Shown one piece after another: positions 9,791 through 20,498 of a stretch of 64,000 bases of DNA; positions within the stretch are counted from its first letter, which is position 1, and the number at the start of each line of letters is the position of its first letter. The notes below the pieces were generated by a model, which searched no databases, was not told the DNA's origin, and was given only the letters and a program-made list of their open reading frames with translations. The DNA comes from an uncultured Bacilli bacterium (GTDB lineage Bacteria; Bacillota_I; Bacilli_A; RF39; UBA660): NCBI GenBank assembly GCA_944332295.1, contig CALVJR010000004.1:4157-68156 (forward strand), given 5' to 3'. The position numbers were made by a program, and so were the translations under genes.

Positions 9791-10684
9791 TTATGCATTT
9801 GATTCATGTGATATTTCTTCTATTGTTTTATTATTGGAATTTAATAGTGCCATACTTGTCCAGTTTGAGGTTAATCCGAAATCAATATAGATTAATTGTC
9901 CTGACATGTAAGAACAGATATTACTTCCTACTACTACCATAGGATATCCCATGTCTTCTGGTTCAGCAGCATAACCATTCCAACTCTTTAAGAAGATATT
10001 TTCAATCATTTTAGCGCCTTCTTCTGCATTACCAGTAGGGCTTGTTGATTTGTTGAAGTCATCTGTTAGTCCTGTTGTTGTATCTCCTGGATTGATAGCA
10101 TTAATTCTGATTCTTCTATTAATAAACTCTGGACTCATACATTTATATGTTACATAAGATAGTAAGCATTGTTTCGCAAATACATAGGCACTTTCAATTT
10201 CTTTTGGATGTTCCTCATACCACTTCATTGCTTCCTCCCAGGAATTTAGATTAATTAATTCTACTGCTTTAGGATAGACTTGTTGCCATCCAAAACCTCC
10301 AACAGAAGCAATGAAGGTAACAGAGCCATGATCAGAGATTCTATTAAGTAACTGTTCCGTCATATATTTTTGACTATAGAAATTTACTTTTTGAACTAGT
10401 AATTCTTTTCCTTTAAATCCGGCAATTCCATGACATAAGAATAAAGCATCAATTGTCTCTGGTAAATCTGCTATTACGCTATCAATATCTTCTTTTTTAC
10501 TTAAGTCTGCTTGATAAGCTTTTTTCACTGGTAAATCAATAGGATTAATATCAATTGCATATACTTCTGCTCCTAGGTCTAGTAATAATTCTGTTGCTGA
10601 CTTACTCATTCCAGAAGCAGCTCCGGTAATTACTACTTTCTTTCTTTCATATCCAAATAATTTTTTTAAATCCAATTTCATCAT
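9791..10684 (-). CDS. SDR family NAD(P)-dependent oxidoreductase
   Basis: VVITGAASGMSKS dinucleotide-binding motif and catalytic YVFAK (YxxxK). Confidence 0.8.
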   Translation of the reverse strand: MMKLDLKKLFGYERKKVVITGAASGMSKSATELLLDLGAEVYAIDINPIDLPVKKAYQADLSKKEDIDSVIADLPETIDALFLCHGIAGFKGKELLVQKVNFYSQKYMTEQLLNRISDHGSVTFIASVGGFGWQQVYPKAVELINLNSWEEAMKWYEEHPKEIESAYVFAKQCLLSYVTYKCMSPEFINRRIRINAINPGDTTTGLTDDFNKSTSPTGNAEEGAKMIENIFLKSWNGYAAEPEDMGYPMVVVGSNICSYMSGQLIYIDFGLTSNWTSMALLNSNNKTIEEISHESNA

Positions 10685-10776
10685 CCCTTCTATTTTACAA
10701 ATTTATTTTAACACTAATTTTCTATTTTCATTCATTTCTAGATAATTTTATTTGTTATTTACGTTAATTGCTAAAT

Positions 10777-10802
10777 AAAAATCCACAGATTTTGTGGATT
10801 TT
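10777..10802 (-). terminator. rho-independent terminator (ATCCACA/TGTGGAT stem)
   Basis: AAAAATCCACAGATTTTGTGGATTTT overlapping the adhE stop codon. Confidence 0.6.
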
Positions 10803-13392
10803 ATAGATTTATTCCATAATAAGCATCAACTAAGATTTTCTTTAATTCTGTAACTAATGGAAGTCTTGGATTAGATGTTGTACATTGGTCTTCAAATGCT
10901 CTATTTGCTAATTCATCTATTTTACTCATATATGTTTCTTCATCGATTCCATATTCTTGGAATGATTTTGGTATGCCAAGTTTTTCATTCATTCTATTTA
11001 CCATGTCTATTAATTTATCTACACCATCTTCTATGTCTTCTATCTCTAGACCAATCTTTTTGGCAAACATTGCATATTTTTCATCAGCAATATAATATTC
11101 ATATTTTGGAAATGATACAAATTTAGTAGGCGTAGATGCATTATATCTAATCACATAAGGGAGTAATATGGCATTACATCTTCCATGAGCAATGTGAAAT
11201 TCTCCTCCTAATTTATGGGCTAAAGAATGATTGATTCCTAAGAAAGCATTCGTGAAGGCCATACCGGCGATACAACTTGCATTATGAACTTTTTCTCTTG
11301 CCTCTTTGTCATTCCCATTTTCATAGGCTCTGATTAAATACTTATGTACTAATTCTCCAGCTTTTTCTGCTAGTCCATCTGTATAATCACTTGCCATATT
11401 GGAAACATATGCTTCTATGGCATGAGTTAGTACGTCCATTCCTGTATCAGCCGTTAATACTTTTGGTAGAGTTAATACTAAATCAGGGTCGATGATTGCA
11501 ACATCTGGTGTTAATTCATAATCCGCAAAAGGATATTTTACATTATTATCTTTATCTGTAATTACAGCAAAAGAAGTTACTTCACTACCAGTTCCTGATG
11601 TTGTTGGAATAGCAACAAATTTTGCTTTTAGACCAAGTTTAGGATATTTATAAGTTCTTTTTCTAATATCTAAGAACTTTAATTTTAGGCCTTCTTTATC
11701 TACGTCTGGATGTTCATAGAATAGCCACATTCCTTTGGCAGCATCAATTGCACTTCCTCCACCTAAAGCAATGATAACATCTGGTGTAAATTGTCCCATG
11801 GCATTTACTCCACGATCAATGGTATCAAAAGATGGATCTGGTTCTACATCACTAAATACTTCAAAATGAATATGATTGTCATGTTTTTCTAATTGATAAA
11901 TTATTTTATCTACGTAGCCTAATTTTACCATAGACTCATCTGTTACAATAAAGGCTTTGGTAATTTCTGGCATTTTTGATAAATATTGGATAGAGCCTCT
12001 TTCAAAATAAATTTTAGGAGGTACTTTAAACCATTGCATATTTACTTGTCTTTTAGCAACTCTTTTTAAGTTAATTAAGTTTACACTGGATACATTGTCC
12101 GTAGTACTGTTTCCACCAAAAGTTCCACAACCTAAAGTTAGAGATGGCATATTGGTGTTATAGATATCTCCTATTGCACCATGAGTAGATGGAGAGTTTA
12201 CAATGATTCTACCTACTTTTAATACATTTGAAAAATGGTTAATTGTATCTTCATTTTCAGTATGGATTACTGCAGAATGACCAAGTCCTCCAAACTCTAC
12301 TAGTTTTTCACTTAACGCGATTCCTTCCTCTTCCCCTTCTACAATATAATAAGTTAAGATAGGACTTAATTTTTCTTTTGAAAATGGATATTCTTTTCCA
12401 ACACCATGTTCTCTTACTACAATTACTTTTGTTTCTAACGGAATAATAAAGCCTGCTTTTTCGGCAATATCACAAGGGTCTTTTCCTACTACTTCTGAGT
12501 TTAAATCATAGCCGTCTTCTTCTTTTGTAAACATATAATTTTTTAGTAATTTTTTTTCTTCTTCTGTTACAAAGTAGCATTCTGCTTTTTTCATTAGTTC
12601 TTCAAACTCATGGCTAATTTCTCTATCTACAATTACTGCTTGTTCACTGGCACAAATCATTCCATTATCAAAGGCTTTAGACATCACTAAATCATTTACA
12701 CTTGTTTTTAATTTTGCGTCTTTATGAATATAGCAAGGAACATTTCCAGGCCCTACCCCAAGAGCTGGTTTTCCACAAGAATACGCACTCTTTACCATTC
12801 CTTTTCCACCAGTTGCTAGAATGAGGCTTACGTCCTTATGATTCATTAGTGTCTTTGTAGCTTCTACTGATGGTTTATCAATCCATAAAATACAATCTTT
12901 TGGTGCTCCGGCTTTTACTGCTGCTTCTAATAAAATTTGGGCAGTTTTTACACTACAATTTTGAGCGGATGGATGAAAACCAAAGACAATAACGTTTCTT
13001 GTTTTGGCCGCAATTAGTGATTTAAAGCAAGTTGTTGAAGTGGGATTCGTAACTGGCGTTACTCCGGCAATGATTCCTATTGGTTCTGCTATTTCCATAT
13101 ATCCTTCTTCTTCATTATCCTGAATTATTCCCACTGTTTTATTATGTTTTATGCTGTGATATATATATTCTGATGCAAAAATGTTTTTTGTAATTTTATC
13201 CTCGTAGATTCCACGCTTTGTCTCATCTACGGCAAGACGTGCTAACATCATATGATTTTCCAACACTGCCATTGCCATCTGTTTTACAATTCTATCTACA
13301 TCTTCTTGCGTTAATTTACTATATTCTTGTTGAGCAATTTTTGCCCTTTGCATTAATTCTTCTATCATTACTTGTGTTTCATTCATAGCCAA
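10801..13392 (-). CDS. adhE: bifunctional acetaldehyde-CoA/alcohol dehydrogenase
   Basis: 863 aa. N-terminal aldehyde dehydrogenase (catalytic ICASEQ) plus C-terminal iron-type ADH ([10 protein letters not shown], histidine-rich metal site). Confidence 0.95.
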   Translation of the reverse strand: MAMNETQVMIEELMQRAKIAQQEYSKLTQEDVDRIVKQMAMAVLENHMMLARLAVDETKRGIYEDKITKNIFASEYIYHSIKHNKTVGIIQDNEEEGYMEIAEPIGIIAGVTPVTNPTSTTCFKSLIAAKTRNVIVFGFHPSAQNCSVKTAQILLEAAVKAGAPKDCILWIDKPSVEATKTLMNHKDVSLILATGGKGMVKSAYSCGKPALGVGPGNVPCYIHKDAKLKTSVNDLVMSKAFDNGMICASEQAVIVDREISHEFEELMKKAECYFVTEEEKKLLKNYMFTKEEDGYDLNSEVVGKDPCDIAEKAGFIIPLETKVIVVREHGVGKEYPFSKEKLSPILTYYIVEGEEEGIALSEKLVEFGGLGHSAVIHTENEDTINHFSNVLKVGRIIVNSPSTHGAIGDIYNTNMPSLTLGCGTFGGNSTTDNVSSVNLINLKRVAKRQVNMQWFKVPPKIYFERGSIQYLSKMPEITKAFIVTDESMVKLGYVDKIIYQLEKHDNHIHFEVFSDVEPDPSFDTIDRGVNAMGQFTPDVIIALGGGSAIDAAKGMWLFYEHPDVDKEGLKLKFLDIRKRTYKYPKLGLKAKFVAIPTTSGTGSEVTSFAVITDKDNNVKYPFADYELTPDVAIIDPDLVLTLPKVLTADTGMDVLTHAIEAYVSNMASDYTDGLAEKAGELVHKYLIRAYENGNDKEAREKVHNASCIAGMAFTNAFLGINHSLAHKLGGEFHIAHGRCNAILLPYVIRYNASTPTKFVSFPKYEYYIADEKYAMFAKKIGLEIEDIEDGVDKLIDMVNRMNEKLGIPKSFQEYGIDEETYMSKIDELANRAFEDQCTTSNPRLPLVTELKKILVDAYYGINL

Positions 13393-13728
13393 CTCTCCCT
13401 ATTTTATGTTATTGTATCATATAATTTTATTCATTTAAAGAAAAACAGCCTTTTTAATAAGTATCCTTGTCATCCCATTCTGAAATTCTCTATAAAATTT
13501 TCATTTACTTTGGTGATATTAATAAATTGTTTATACTATCTTTGTTGTTGCACCATGAAAACATGCTGTATTCTTTTACCATTTAGTCAAACTATGTTAT
13601 TAGAAGAAAATATACAAGTTGTAATATCTGGCTCATTTTTCCCAAATACTCCTAGCAAAGTATAAATTTCTTAAATCTATTGATTATCTAGTGTTAAAAT
13701 TACTATTATCATAATTATCTTTTCTTTA

Positions 13729-13968
13729 TTATTTATCTATCTCTTTCGAGTTTTTAATATACATTTTTTGTAATATTTTTATATTTTTCGCACGTTTTAT
13801 ATTGTAGGGACGATATTCTGCTCTGAATTCTACTATGTCTCCTGTTTCTATACTGGTTATGAAATTCGAATTACTAAAATCCGATGCATGGAAGTTAAAG
13901 TCCTCTTTTTCTCCTGTAATCAATCCGAAGCGACCATTAAACTCCATAATTTGTCCGACTTTTTTCAT
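13729..13968 (-). CDS. small cold-shock-domain-like (OB-fold) protein
   Basis: GQIMEFNGRFGLITGEKEDFNFHASDF...GDIVEF follows the CspA pattern G-x-V-x-W-F-N..GFGFI..D-x-F-x-H. Its ATG overlaps the upstream stop (ATGA). Confidence 0.45.
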   Translation of the reverse strand: MKKVGQIMEFNGRFGLITGEKEDFNFHASDFSNSNFITSIETGDIVEFRAEYRPYNIKRAKNIKILQKMYIKNSKEIDK

Positions 13969-16259
13969 TTTTTACCACCTCTATTGATATCTATTTCTAA
14001 TTCCTTTGAATCTTCATTTAACATTTCTAAGGTTTGTAGTTTTGTCTTTAATAGAGATATTTCATTTCGTTGTGACTCTAGTTCTATTGGTAATATTACT
14101 TCTTCTATAATTTTTCCATCTTTTATGCCTATATACCAGTCTTGCCCTCTAAATATTTCATCATATTTTTCTTTATCTATTACTTCAAAGTTTCTTGATT
14201 TTTCCTCTTTTTCTTCTTTGTCTTTTGTTAGTAATATGTCTAGAGCTTTTATTTTAGTTAATTCATCAGATGTTATCTCATCTTTATTTTTGACTCTATC
14301 CCTTTTCGTTTTATAAATTGTTGGTATATCTACCGTTAAATCAATTTCTACAGGCTTACTTGAATTCTTATTTCCTATTAAATAAGCTACTTCTTCTAAA
14401 TCTGCATGGGGAAAAGGGTCAGATAAATAGCTATCTTGTACTAATGTGTAGAAGTCATTTAAGTCTACATATGACACTGCAAAAACGTACTCTAGAGTAT
14501 CATTTTCTTTTGTTGCTTTTTCTAGCATTTGATTAGCAATTTTTGATAATAAGCCTGGTTGATATAGATAATCTGAAATTCCTTCTTGATCATGAATTGG
14601 AGCAAAGACTACATAGTTTCCTTTACGAAAGCATAAACTTCGTGCAATAAATTCTCCTGTTTCTTTATCTTTTATCATAAGTACATCTGCAGTATGACCA
14701 TTTAAAGTTTCATAATATGCTTTTTCTCCCTCTCCTTTGGGTCCGATACAACTCATATTGCAATTCTTACCAATTAATAACCTATCTCTATCTGAATCAT
14801 GGGCGGTTTCATAATAATAATTTAAGAATTCTCCTTCTACTGGAGGGATAACTGTATACTCTCTTTTTAGCATTTCTATATATGTTTCTAAATATTTTTG
14901 TGGATTTCTACTGGTTTCTCTGTCAACCATGATTCCCTCTATTATATCTTTTCCTAAAGCAGCTATTGTAATATCATCTGCTCCATCATAAGTTTCTGCC
15001 ATCTCTAACATATTGTATAATTTAGGCATTGCTTCTTCGATTGTTTCTTCTTTAATTAATTTATCTTGCTTCATCTGATGTAATATTCTTGGATAGTTTC
15101 TTAATAAACTAATCATCACATTTTCATTTAATTCATCAAAATAATTTACTAGTGGAAGTAATAATTTTAAATCTTCTGGAAGTTGTCCATGTACTAAAAT
15201 ATCTTGAGCTTGATCTTCTGTTAGATTACCAATAATTTTTGCTATGTTTTGATAGGTTTTTATTTGTGTTCCTATTTTATAGTTATTATAATTATAACCT
15301 AAATGAATATGTGATAAATCTTTTCTTTCTACTGAAACTATATTTAAGAATCTTGTTTTTTCTTGATTGTATTTCGTTAAAACAACTGATTTTACTTGTG
15401 ATGGTGCATCAGGAATGATTTCCTGTAAGCTCTCTTCTGATAATCTTCCTGTTACAAACAATTCATTTATTTTTTTTAGTTGATCTTTACTAATTACAAC
15501 ATGCTCTTTTCTTATTTTCTTTAAAGAGTTTAAATAAGTATCATAATCTGATAATAAATCTAGTAGTTCTTCTTTTGTCACTCCTAATCTTTCATATTCA
15601 CCATTCGCAAAAAGTTCGTCTATTTTCTTGAATTTTGCACCTCTTATTATTCCTTCTTCTGTTTTTTTGGTAAGAGGAAGCATTCCAGTTAAGTGATTAA
15701 TCATCCTAGTTTTTTCCCATTGATGATAGAAGTTATATTGCGTATTTAATATTTGATTATAAAACCAACTTGTATCCTCCTGTGATAAAGTATGATTATT
15801 TTCTTGATATAGTTGATATAGACTTTTTAGACCTTGTAAACACATCTTATAATATTTTAAATCATTAATTTTATAGTTTAATACTCCTGCCATGTTTTTT
15901 AAATAATATTCTTCATTATTTTTATCTATCCTAGACATTTCTTTTGATATATAACGGTTTAGTTGATCTGCACTTCTAAATCGAAAACTATGTCTGTCTT
16001 CTCTGTATTTTAGTCTAATAATTCCATCCATCATCTTATCTAGTGTTAAATACAACTTTTCTTGAATATTAGGGTCATCTTCATTAAAATTATATAATAA
16101 GCTTTTTATTAGTTTAACTGCTGTTTCACCTTGTAAATGATTAGGGTTTTTTGAGTAAAAAAATGGTAGATATTGTACAAAGTCAATATTTCCCTGCCTA
16201 ATATACTGTAATATAAATTGTTGTTCTTCTAGAGTTAGTTTTTCTTTATTTTCTTCCAT
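13965..16259 (-). CDS. hypothetical protein, 764 aa
   Basis: Long uninterrupted ORF with a coherent start. No domain recognised by eye. Confidence 0.6.
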   Translation of the reverse strand: MEENKEKLTLEEQQFILQYIRQGNIDFVQYLPFFYSKNPNHLQGETAVKLIKSLLYNFNEDDPNIQEKLYLTLDKMMDGIIRLKYREDRHSFRFRSADQLNRYISKEMSRIDKNNEEYYLKNMAGVLNYKINDLKYYKMCLQGLKSLYQLYQENNHTLSQEDTSWFYNQILNTQYNFYHQWEKTRMINHLTGMLPLTKKTEEGIIRGAKFKKIDELFANGEYERLGVTKEELLDLLSDYDTYLNSLKKIRKEHVVISKDQLKKINELFVTGRLSEESLQEIIPDAPSQVKSVVLTKYNQEKTRFLNIVSVERKDLSHIHLGYNYNNYKIGTQIKTYQNIAKIIGNLTEDQAQDILVHGQLPEDLKLLLPLVNYFDELNENVMISLLRNYPRILHQMKQDKLIKEETIEEAMPKLYNMLEMAETYDGADDITIAALGKDIIEGIMVDRETSRNPQKYLETYIEMLKREYTVIPPVEGEFLNYYYETAHDSDRDRLLIGKNCNMSCIGPKGEGEKAYYETLNGHTADVLMIKDKETGEFIARSLCFRKGNYVVFAPIHDQEGISDYLYQPGLLSKIANQMLEKATKENDTLEYVFAVSYVDLNDFYTLVQDSYLSDPFPHADLEEVAYLIGNKNSSKPVEIDLTVDIPTIYKTKRDRVKNKDEITSDELTKIKALDILLTKDKEEKEEKSRNFEVIDKEKYDEIFRGQDWYIGIKDGKIIEEVILPIELESQRNEISLLKTKLQTLEMLNEDSKELEIDINRGGKK

Positions 16260-16383
16260 ATTATCCTCACTTTGATTTATTACGATTCAAATTATCCTTT
16301 TTACATTATTATTTTATCATGCTTGTGCGATATTTGAAAGATACATTTCTTTGCGTTATAATGTTTTTAGTCGAGGTGATGCT

Positions 16384-17193
16384 ATGAAGATATGTTCTTT
16401 ATGTCATACAGAAAATGAAGAAGATGCTATTTATTGTAAAAAATGTGCTCATCCTTTTTATGAGGATGATAATACTAAAACTAAAGATAGACATAAAGTG
16501 AAAAAGCAAACAAAAGTAAAAATTAAAACTAAATATAAAACAAAGGTACAAAAACAAAAACCTCCTAAAGAAAAGCAAAAATCTGGATTCTTTTCTAAGT
16601 TTTTAGTATTTGTGTTACTCATTTTAGTGATTGGTCTTGCCTTTGTTCTAGGTTTGTTTATTTATCATTATTATGAAGAAAATAATATCAAAGTTCCTAA
16701 TGTTGTTGGATATTCCTATAATGAAGCTGTTAATATTCTTAGTAATGCCAAGTTAAGTTACCAACAAAAAACAGTACTTACTAAGGATGAGGAGGAAGTT
16801 GATGTTGTTATCAAACAAAGTAAGCGAGCAGGTAGTAAAACACACGAAAATGCTGTTATTACTTTAACTGTTGGAGTTTTAGATACTAGAGTAGAAGTTC
16901 CTGATGTTCGTGGTCTGACTTTGGAAGAGGCCGTAAAATCTTTGAACTCTTTAAATATTTCATACCAAGTAGTTTATCAGGAAGATAAGGATGAAGAAAA
17001 TATAGTATTAAAACAAAGCATACGTTCTGGAAAAGTGATTGATAATACAGAAAGTATCACTTTAACTGTTTCACAGAAAGAAAAAACGCTTCCTGATGAG
17101 GAAGATATTTCTGATGATGATACTAATATTACTAATGATAATACTAATAATAAAACGGATAGTAGTGTTAATAATGCAGAAGAAAGTGAATAA
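16384..17193 (+). CDS. zinc-ribbon / TM / two-PASTA-domain protein
   Basis: CSLCHTEN..YCKKC zinc ribbon, a lysine-rich linker, one TM, and two PASTA-like repeats (VPNVVGYSYNEAVNIL, VPDVRGLTLEEAVKSL). ATG 16384 follows a GAGGTG RBS. Confidence 0.65.
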   Translation: MKICSLCHTENEEDAIYCKKCAHPFYEDDNTKTKDRHKVKKQTKVKIKTKYKTKVQKQKPPKEKQKSGFFSKFLVFVLLILVIGLAFVLGLFIYHYYEENNIKVPNVVGYSYNEAVNILSNAKLSYQQKTVLTKDEEEVDVVIKQSKRAGSKTHENAVITLTVGVLDTRVEVPDVRGLTLEEAVKSLNSLNISYQVVYQEDKDEENIVLKQSIRSGKVIDNTESITLTVSQKEKTLPDEEDISDDDTNITNDNTNNKTDSSVNNAEESE

Positions 17194-17243
17194 AATATTA
17201 AACCATTATACTAATACTTTTCTTATAAGGAGATTGATGATTT

Positions 17244-17867
17244 ATGAAAAATATTATTTTTGATATTGATCGTACTTTGGTAGATAGTTATCATCCTGAA
17301 CTTACCACTTTACAAGAATCACTTTATCTTGTAACAGGTAAGCATTATGATAATGATGTCATGGATAAACTAACAGTGCTTACAACTAATGAATTTTTTC
17401 ATTTTCTTGGAATTGATGACGATGAAACGCTAAAGCAGATTAACTATCATTGGGGAAGATTACTAAAAAATTACCCTGTTACTATGTTTACTGGGATTCC
17501 AGAACTTCTTACTCTTTTAGCTAAAGAGCATTACTTTTTAGGTATTGCAACTTCTAGAACTTGGAAAGAATTAGAAGAGATTGATGACCTTATGAAAATA
17601 TTATCTATTTTCGATTGTGTTATTACTTCTGATAAAGTGGATAAACCAAAGCCTAATCCAGAATCCATTTTAACTATTCTAAAGCAAAATCACTTGCAAC
17701 CTAGTGAGACAATTTATGTTGGTGATAGTGAAAGTGATATGTTAGCAGCTAAGTCTGCTGGGGTCTTCTTTGCGTATGCCAGTTGGGATAATCACGACGA
17801 TAGTATTACTTATGATTATATATTAAATACTCCTGAAGATTTAAAAAAATTACTCACTAAATCATAA
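17244..17867 (+). CDS. HAD-superfamily phosphatase
   Basis: DIDRTLVDS (DxDxT), TSR, and K...GDSESD motifs. Confidence 0.8.
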   Translation: MKNIIFDIDRTLVDSYHPELTTLQESLYLVTGKHYDNDVMDKLTVLTTNEFFHFLGIDDDETLKQINYHWGRLLKNYPVTMFTGIPELLTLLAKEHYFLGIATSRTWKELEEIDDLMKILSIFDCVITSDKVDKPKPNPESILTILKQNHLQPSETIYVGDSESDMLAAKSAGVFFAYASWDNHDDSITYDYILNTPEDLKKLLTKS

Positions 17868-17869
17868 AT

Positions 17870-19366
17870 CTATAATAGCTTTGTTAATTCTTCTATAAAA
17901 ATAGAAGGATTTTTTTCTGGTACTAATAGATATACATAATTTCTAGTTCTAGTTAAGGCTACATAAAATAATCTTCGTTCTTCACTATAGGGATAATTAT
18001 CCTTTGCTTTGGTTACTAGTCTTGTTAATTTTTCTTCTTCTATCTGGCTAGGAAATCCGGTTATTTTGTTTTCTAGATTTATCACAATTACATTATCACT
18101 TTCTAATCCTTTTGATTTGTGGACAGTCATATAAGTAATATCTAAATTTTCATAATTTTTAATAATTATCTTATCCTTATTTATTTTAATATTTTCATCT
18201 ATCAAGCAGTAAATATCTTTATTATTTCTGCCTAATATTAATATTTTTTCTTCTTTCTTTTTTGATAATTCTTTGATTATTTCTAAAAATATCCTTTTTA
18301 TATTCTTATACTTTAGTATTTTGATAGGCTTTTTTAGTCTTTTTTCTGAATATAATTCTTTTTTTATTTGATGTTTATTTTTCATTATAAATTTTCCGGC
18401 AATTTGTATTAATTCTTTGCTATTTCTATAAGTTCTTTCTAACTTCATAACTTTTGCTTCTTTAAAATATTTTTGGAAGTCAATAAATAGAGAAACATCA
18501 CAACCGGTAAATCTATATATCGATTGAAAGTCATCTCCTACTACCATTAATTTGGCATGTGTTTTGTTGATTATTTCCTTTATTAAGTTAAACCTAATAA
18601 AAGAAGTATCTTGATATTCATCAATAATAATATATTTTATTTCTTTATTCATTCCTTGTTCTGTTACTATTTTTGTTGCTTTTATTAGCATGTCATCAAA
18701 GTCTATTTCCTTATTTTCCTTTAGATAATTCTCATACTTCAGATAAATATTTAATATTAATGTTAGTATAATTTTTTCTTTTTTATATTGAGTATATGAT
18801 AGGTTTCTTTTTATTTTAGAAAGAAAAAGTATAAAATCTTTTAACTCATAATTATTACACTTCATTAATCTAATAAATAACATGCATAGCTTTTCTAGTT
18901 GCTGTAGGTCTGTTTTCTTTCTTTCTAGAATTTGCTGGTAAGACTTTTCTAAGTTTTTTGATGATTCTTTAAAATATTTACATATTAATTTTAATAAATA
19001 AGGTGACTGGAAAATATCTATTTCAAAAAATTCAGTTGTTACTTCTTCTAATAAATAATCATCTGCTATTTCAAATTCTTCTTTTATGATTTCAAGTGAT
19101 AATTTATGAAATGTATAGGTTGGAACTTCTAAGTTTAGGGTGTTTTTTATTTTTTTCTTTAGGCTTTCTGTTGCTGCTTTGGTAAACGATATACATAATA
19201 TTTCTTCTGGCCTTAAATTCTTTTCTTTTACTAAATAATTTATTTTTCCTAATATTGTTAATGTTTTTCCACTTCCTGCTCCTGCGCTTACTAATACATA
19301 ATTATTTTCTTCTTTTACAATTTGTATTTGTCTTTCATCTAATATATAGTTTCCTATTTGCATCAT
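17870..19366 (-). CDS. UvrD/Rep-family (helicase IV-like) short helicase
   Basis: Walker A SAGAGSGKT, DEYQD, and C-terminal VHKSKGLESDNV / YVALTRTR. Confidence 0.75.
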   Translation of the reverse strand: MMQIGNYILDERQIQIVKEENNYVLVSAGAGSGKTLTILGKINYLVKEKNLRPEEILCISFTKAATESLKKKIKNTLNLEVPTYTFHKLSLEIIKEEFEIADDYLLEEVTTEFFEIDIFQSPYLLKLICKYFKESSKNLEKSYQQILERKKTDLQQLEKLCMLFIRLMKCNNYELKDFILFLSKIKRNLSYTQYKKEKIILTLILNIYLKYENYLKENKEIDFDDMLIKATKIVTEQGMNKEIKYIIIDEYQDTSFIRFNLIKEIINKTHAKLMVVGDDFQSIYRFTGCDVSLFIDFQKYFKEAKVMKLERTYRNSKELIQIAGKFIMKNKHQIKKELYSEKRLKKPIKILKYKNIKRIFLEIIKELSKKKEEKILILGRNNKDIYCLIDENIKINKDKIIIKNYENLDITYMTVHKSKGLESDNVIVINLENKITGFPSQIEEEKLTRLVTKAKDNYPYSEERRLFYVALTRTRNYVYLLVPEKNPSIFIEELTKLL

Positions 19367-19472
19367 ATCACCAGATTATATATTATTTGATTTTATTCTA
19401 TAATACAAATCATGCTTTTTTAAATTTTAATCTGTTTTTTTATTTGTTTTTATAAATTTAAAAAATCATTCT

Positions 19473-19799
19473 TTAAAAGAATGATCCTATTACTATCCCT
19501 ATTAATACCATGAACGTTAAAAGCATTGTTATTATTACTGTTAACATTAAAGGACTCGTTAAACCTGCTTTTTTCATATCTGATGAGACTTTTTGAAATA
19601 CTTTTCCTTGATGTTTTTCTAAGGTGTTGGTATTTTTTTGTTCTTCTCTTAACATTCCTGATAATTCATTACTTTCTTTATGAGAAAGAACTTTTCTTTT
19701 TAATTCTTCTAAAGCACTGATTTTATTTTGAGTTGTTAATAGAGGGCTGTTTACTACTGTATTAATTTTATTTTCTGTACTTTCTTTCAAGTTTTGCAT
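19473..19799 (-). CDS. small C-terminally TM-anchored protein
   Basis: Hydrophobic C-terminus LMLTVIITMLLTFMVLIGIVIG. Confidence 0.4.
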   Translation of the reverse strand: MQNLKESTENKINTVVNSPLLTTQNKISALEELKRKVLSHKESNELSGMLREEQKNTNTLEKHQGKVFQKVSSDMKKAGLTSPLMLTVIITMLLTFMVLIGIVIGSFF

Positions 19800-19915
19800 A
19801 TTATCACCTATTTTAATTATATCACGTATACTTTTACCTGTTCTTGTTTTCTTTTTTCTTTTACTATAATTTACATATTTTAATTCATTTTCTATAATAA
19901 TATTAGGTGAAGATT

Positions 19916-20494
19916 ATGCAGATAACTATTTCTATTACTAATTTAGATGAGTTAAAACATTTTGAGAGGATGATACCTTTTTATCGCTCTTTTTTATGCC
20001 ATAATGTTCATTTTTCTTGTTCTAACTCTTACCTACCAATTTATCATTTTATTGAAGCATTAAACATCAAAAATAAAAAACAAAGAATTATTTATCTTTA
20101 TGATACTTTATGTCAACAGATTGATATGTTTTACGTTGATAAAAATCCTTGTGATTTTAAACATGACCGTTGCATTTCTCAGAGAAAAAAAATAAAACAT
20201 AAAAACGGGTGTTGTAGACTTTGTAAATATGCTGGTCCTAAGGGATGTACAACTAGTAATTTTATTTGCAAAATGTTTTATTGTTATACTGTAAAAGAGA
20301 AAAATAGGACACTAGGTCCTAAAGATTTACCCTTACTTAAATGCTTTAGTCTAAGGCAAAGATTTTTACTTCGATATGAATATTTTTCTAGTCGAGAAGA
20401 TGTTATTACTGATTTATGGATTGAAAGTTTGTTTATTAATTTATTTCGAATATACCCTAGGTTTATTTCTAATATTCTCTTACAACGTAGGTAA
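19916..20494 (+). CDS. cysteine-rich hypothetical protein
   Basis: Multiple Cys clusters (GCCRLCKYAGPKGC, ICKMFYC). ATG 19916 follows AGGTGA. Confidence 0.45.
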   Translation: MQITISITNLDELKHFERMIPFYRSFLCHNVHFSCSNSYLPIYHFIEALNIKNKKQRIIYLYDTLCQQIDMFYVDKNPCDFKHDRCISQRKKIKHKNGCCRLCKYAGPKGCTTSNFICKMFYCYTVKEKNRTLGPKDLPLLKCFSLRQRFLLRYEYFSSREDVITDLWIESLFINLFRIYPRFISNILLQRR

Positions 20495-20498
20495 CCTT

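Noticed and set aside
10875-11126. Antisense ORFs inside long genes (for example 10875..11126 in adhE, 23354..23617 and 22365..22595 in the P1B ATPase, 31017..31211 and 31581..31826 in the Ca-ATPase, 50393..50910 in rel).
   Set aside because: They lie entirely within strongly supported genes on the opposite strand. They have low-complexity Leu/Phe/Ile-rich translations typical of AT-rich shadow frames, and no RBS.
13556-13569. cre-like sequence TGAAAACATGCTGT upstream of adhE.
   Set aside because: Poor match to the palindromic CcpA cre consensus (no central CG, 3' half not complementary).
13372-14316. Plus-strand ORFs 13372..13665 and 13888..14316.
   Set aside because: The first lies in the adhE leader/promoter region. 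The second is antisense to the 79-aa and 764-aa genes. Both have Ser/Phe/Leu-rich shadow-frame composition.
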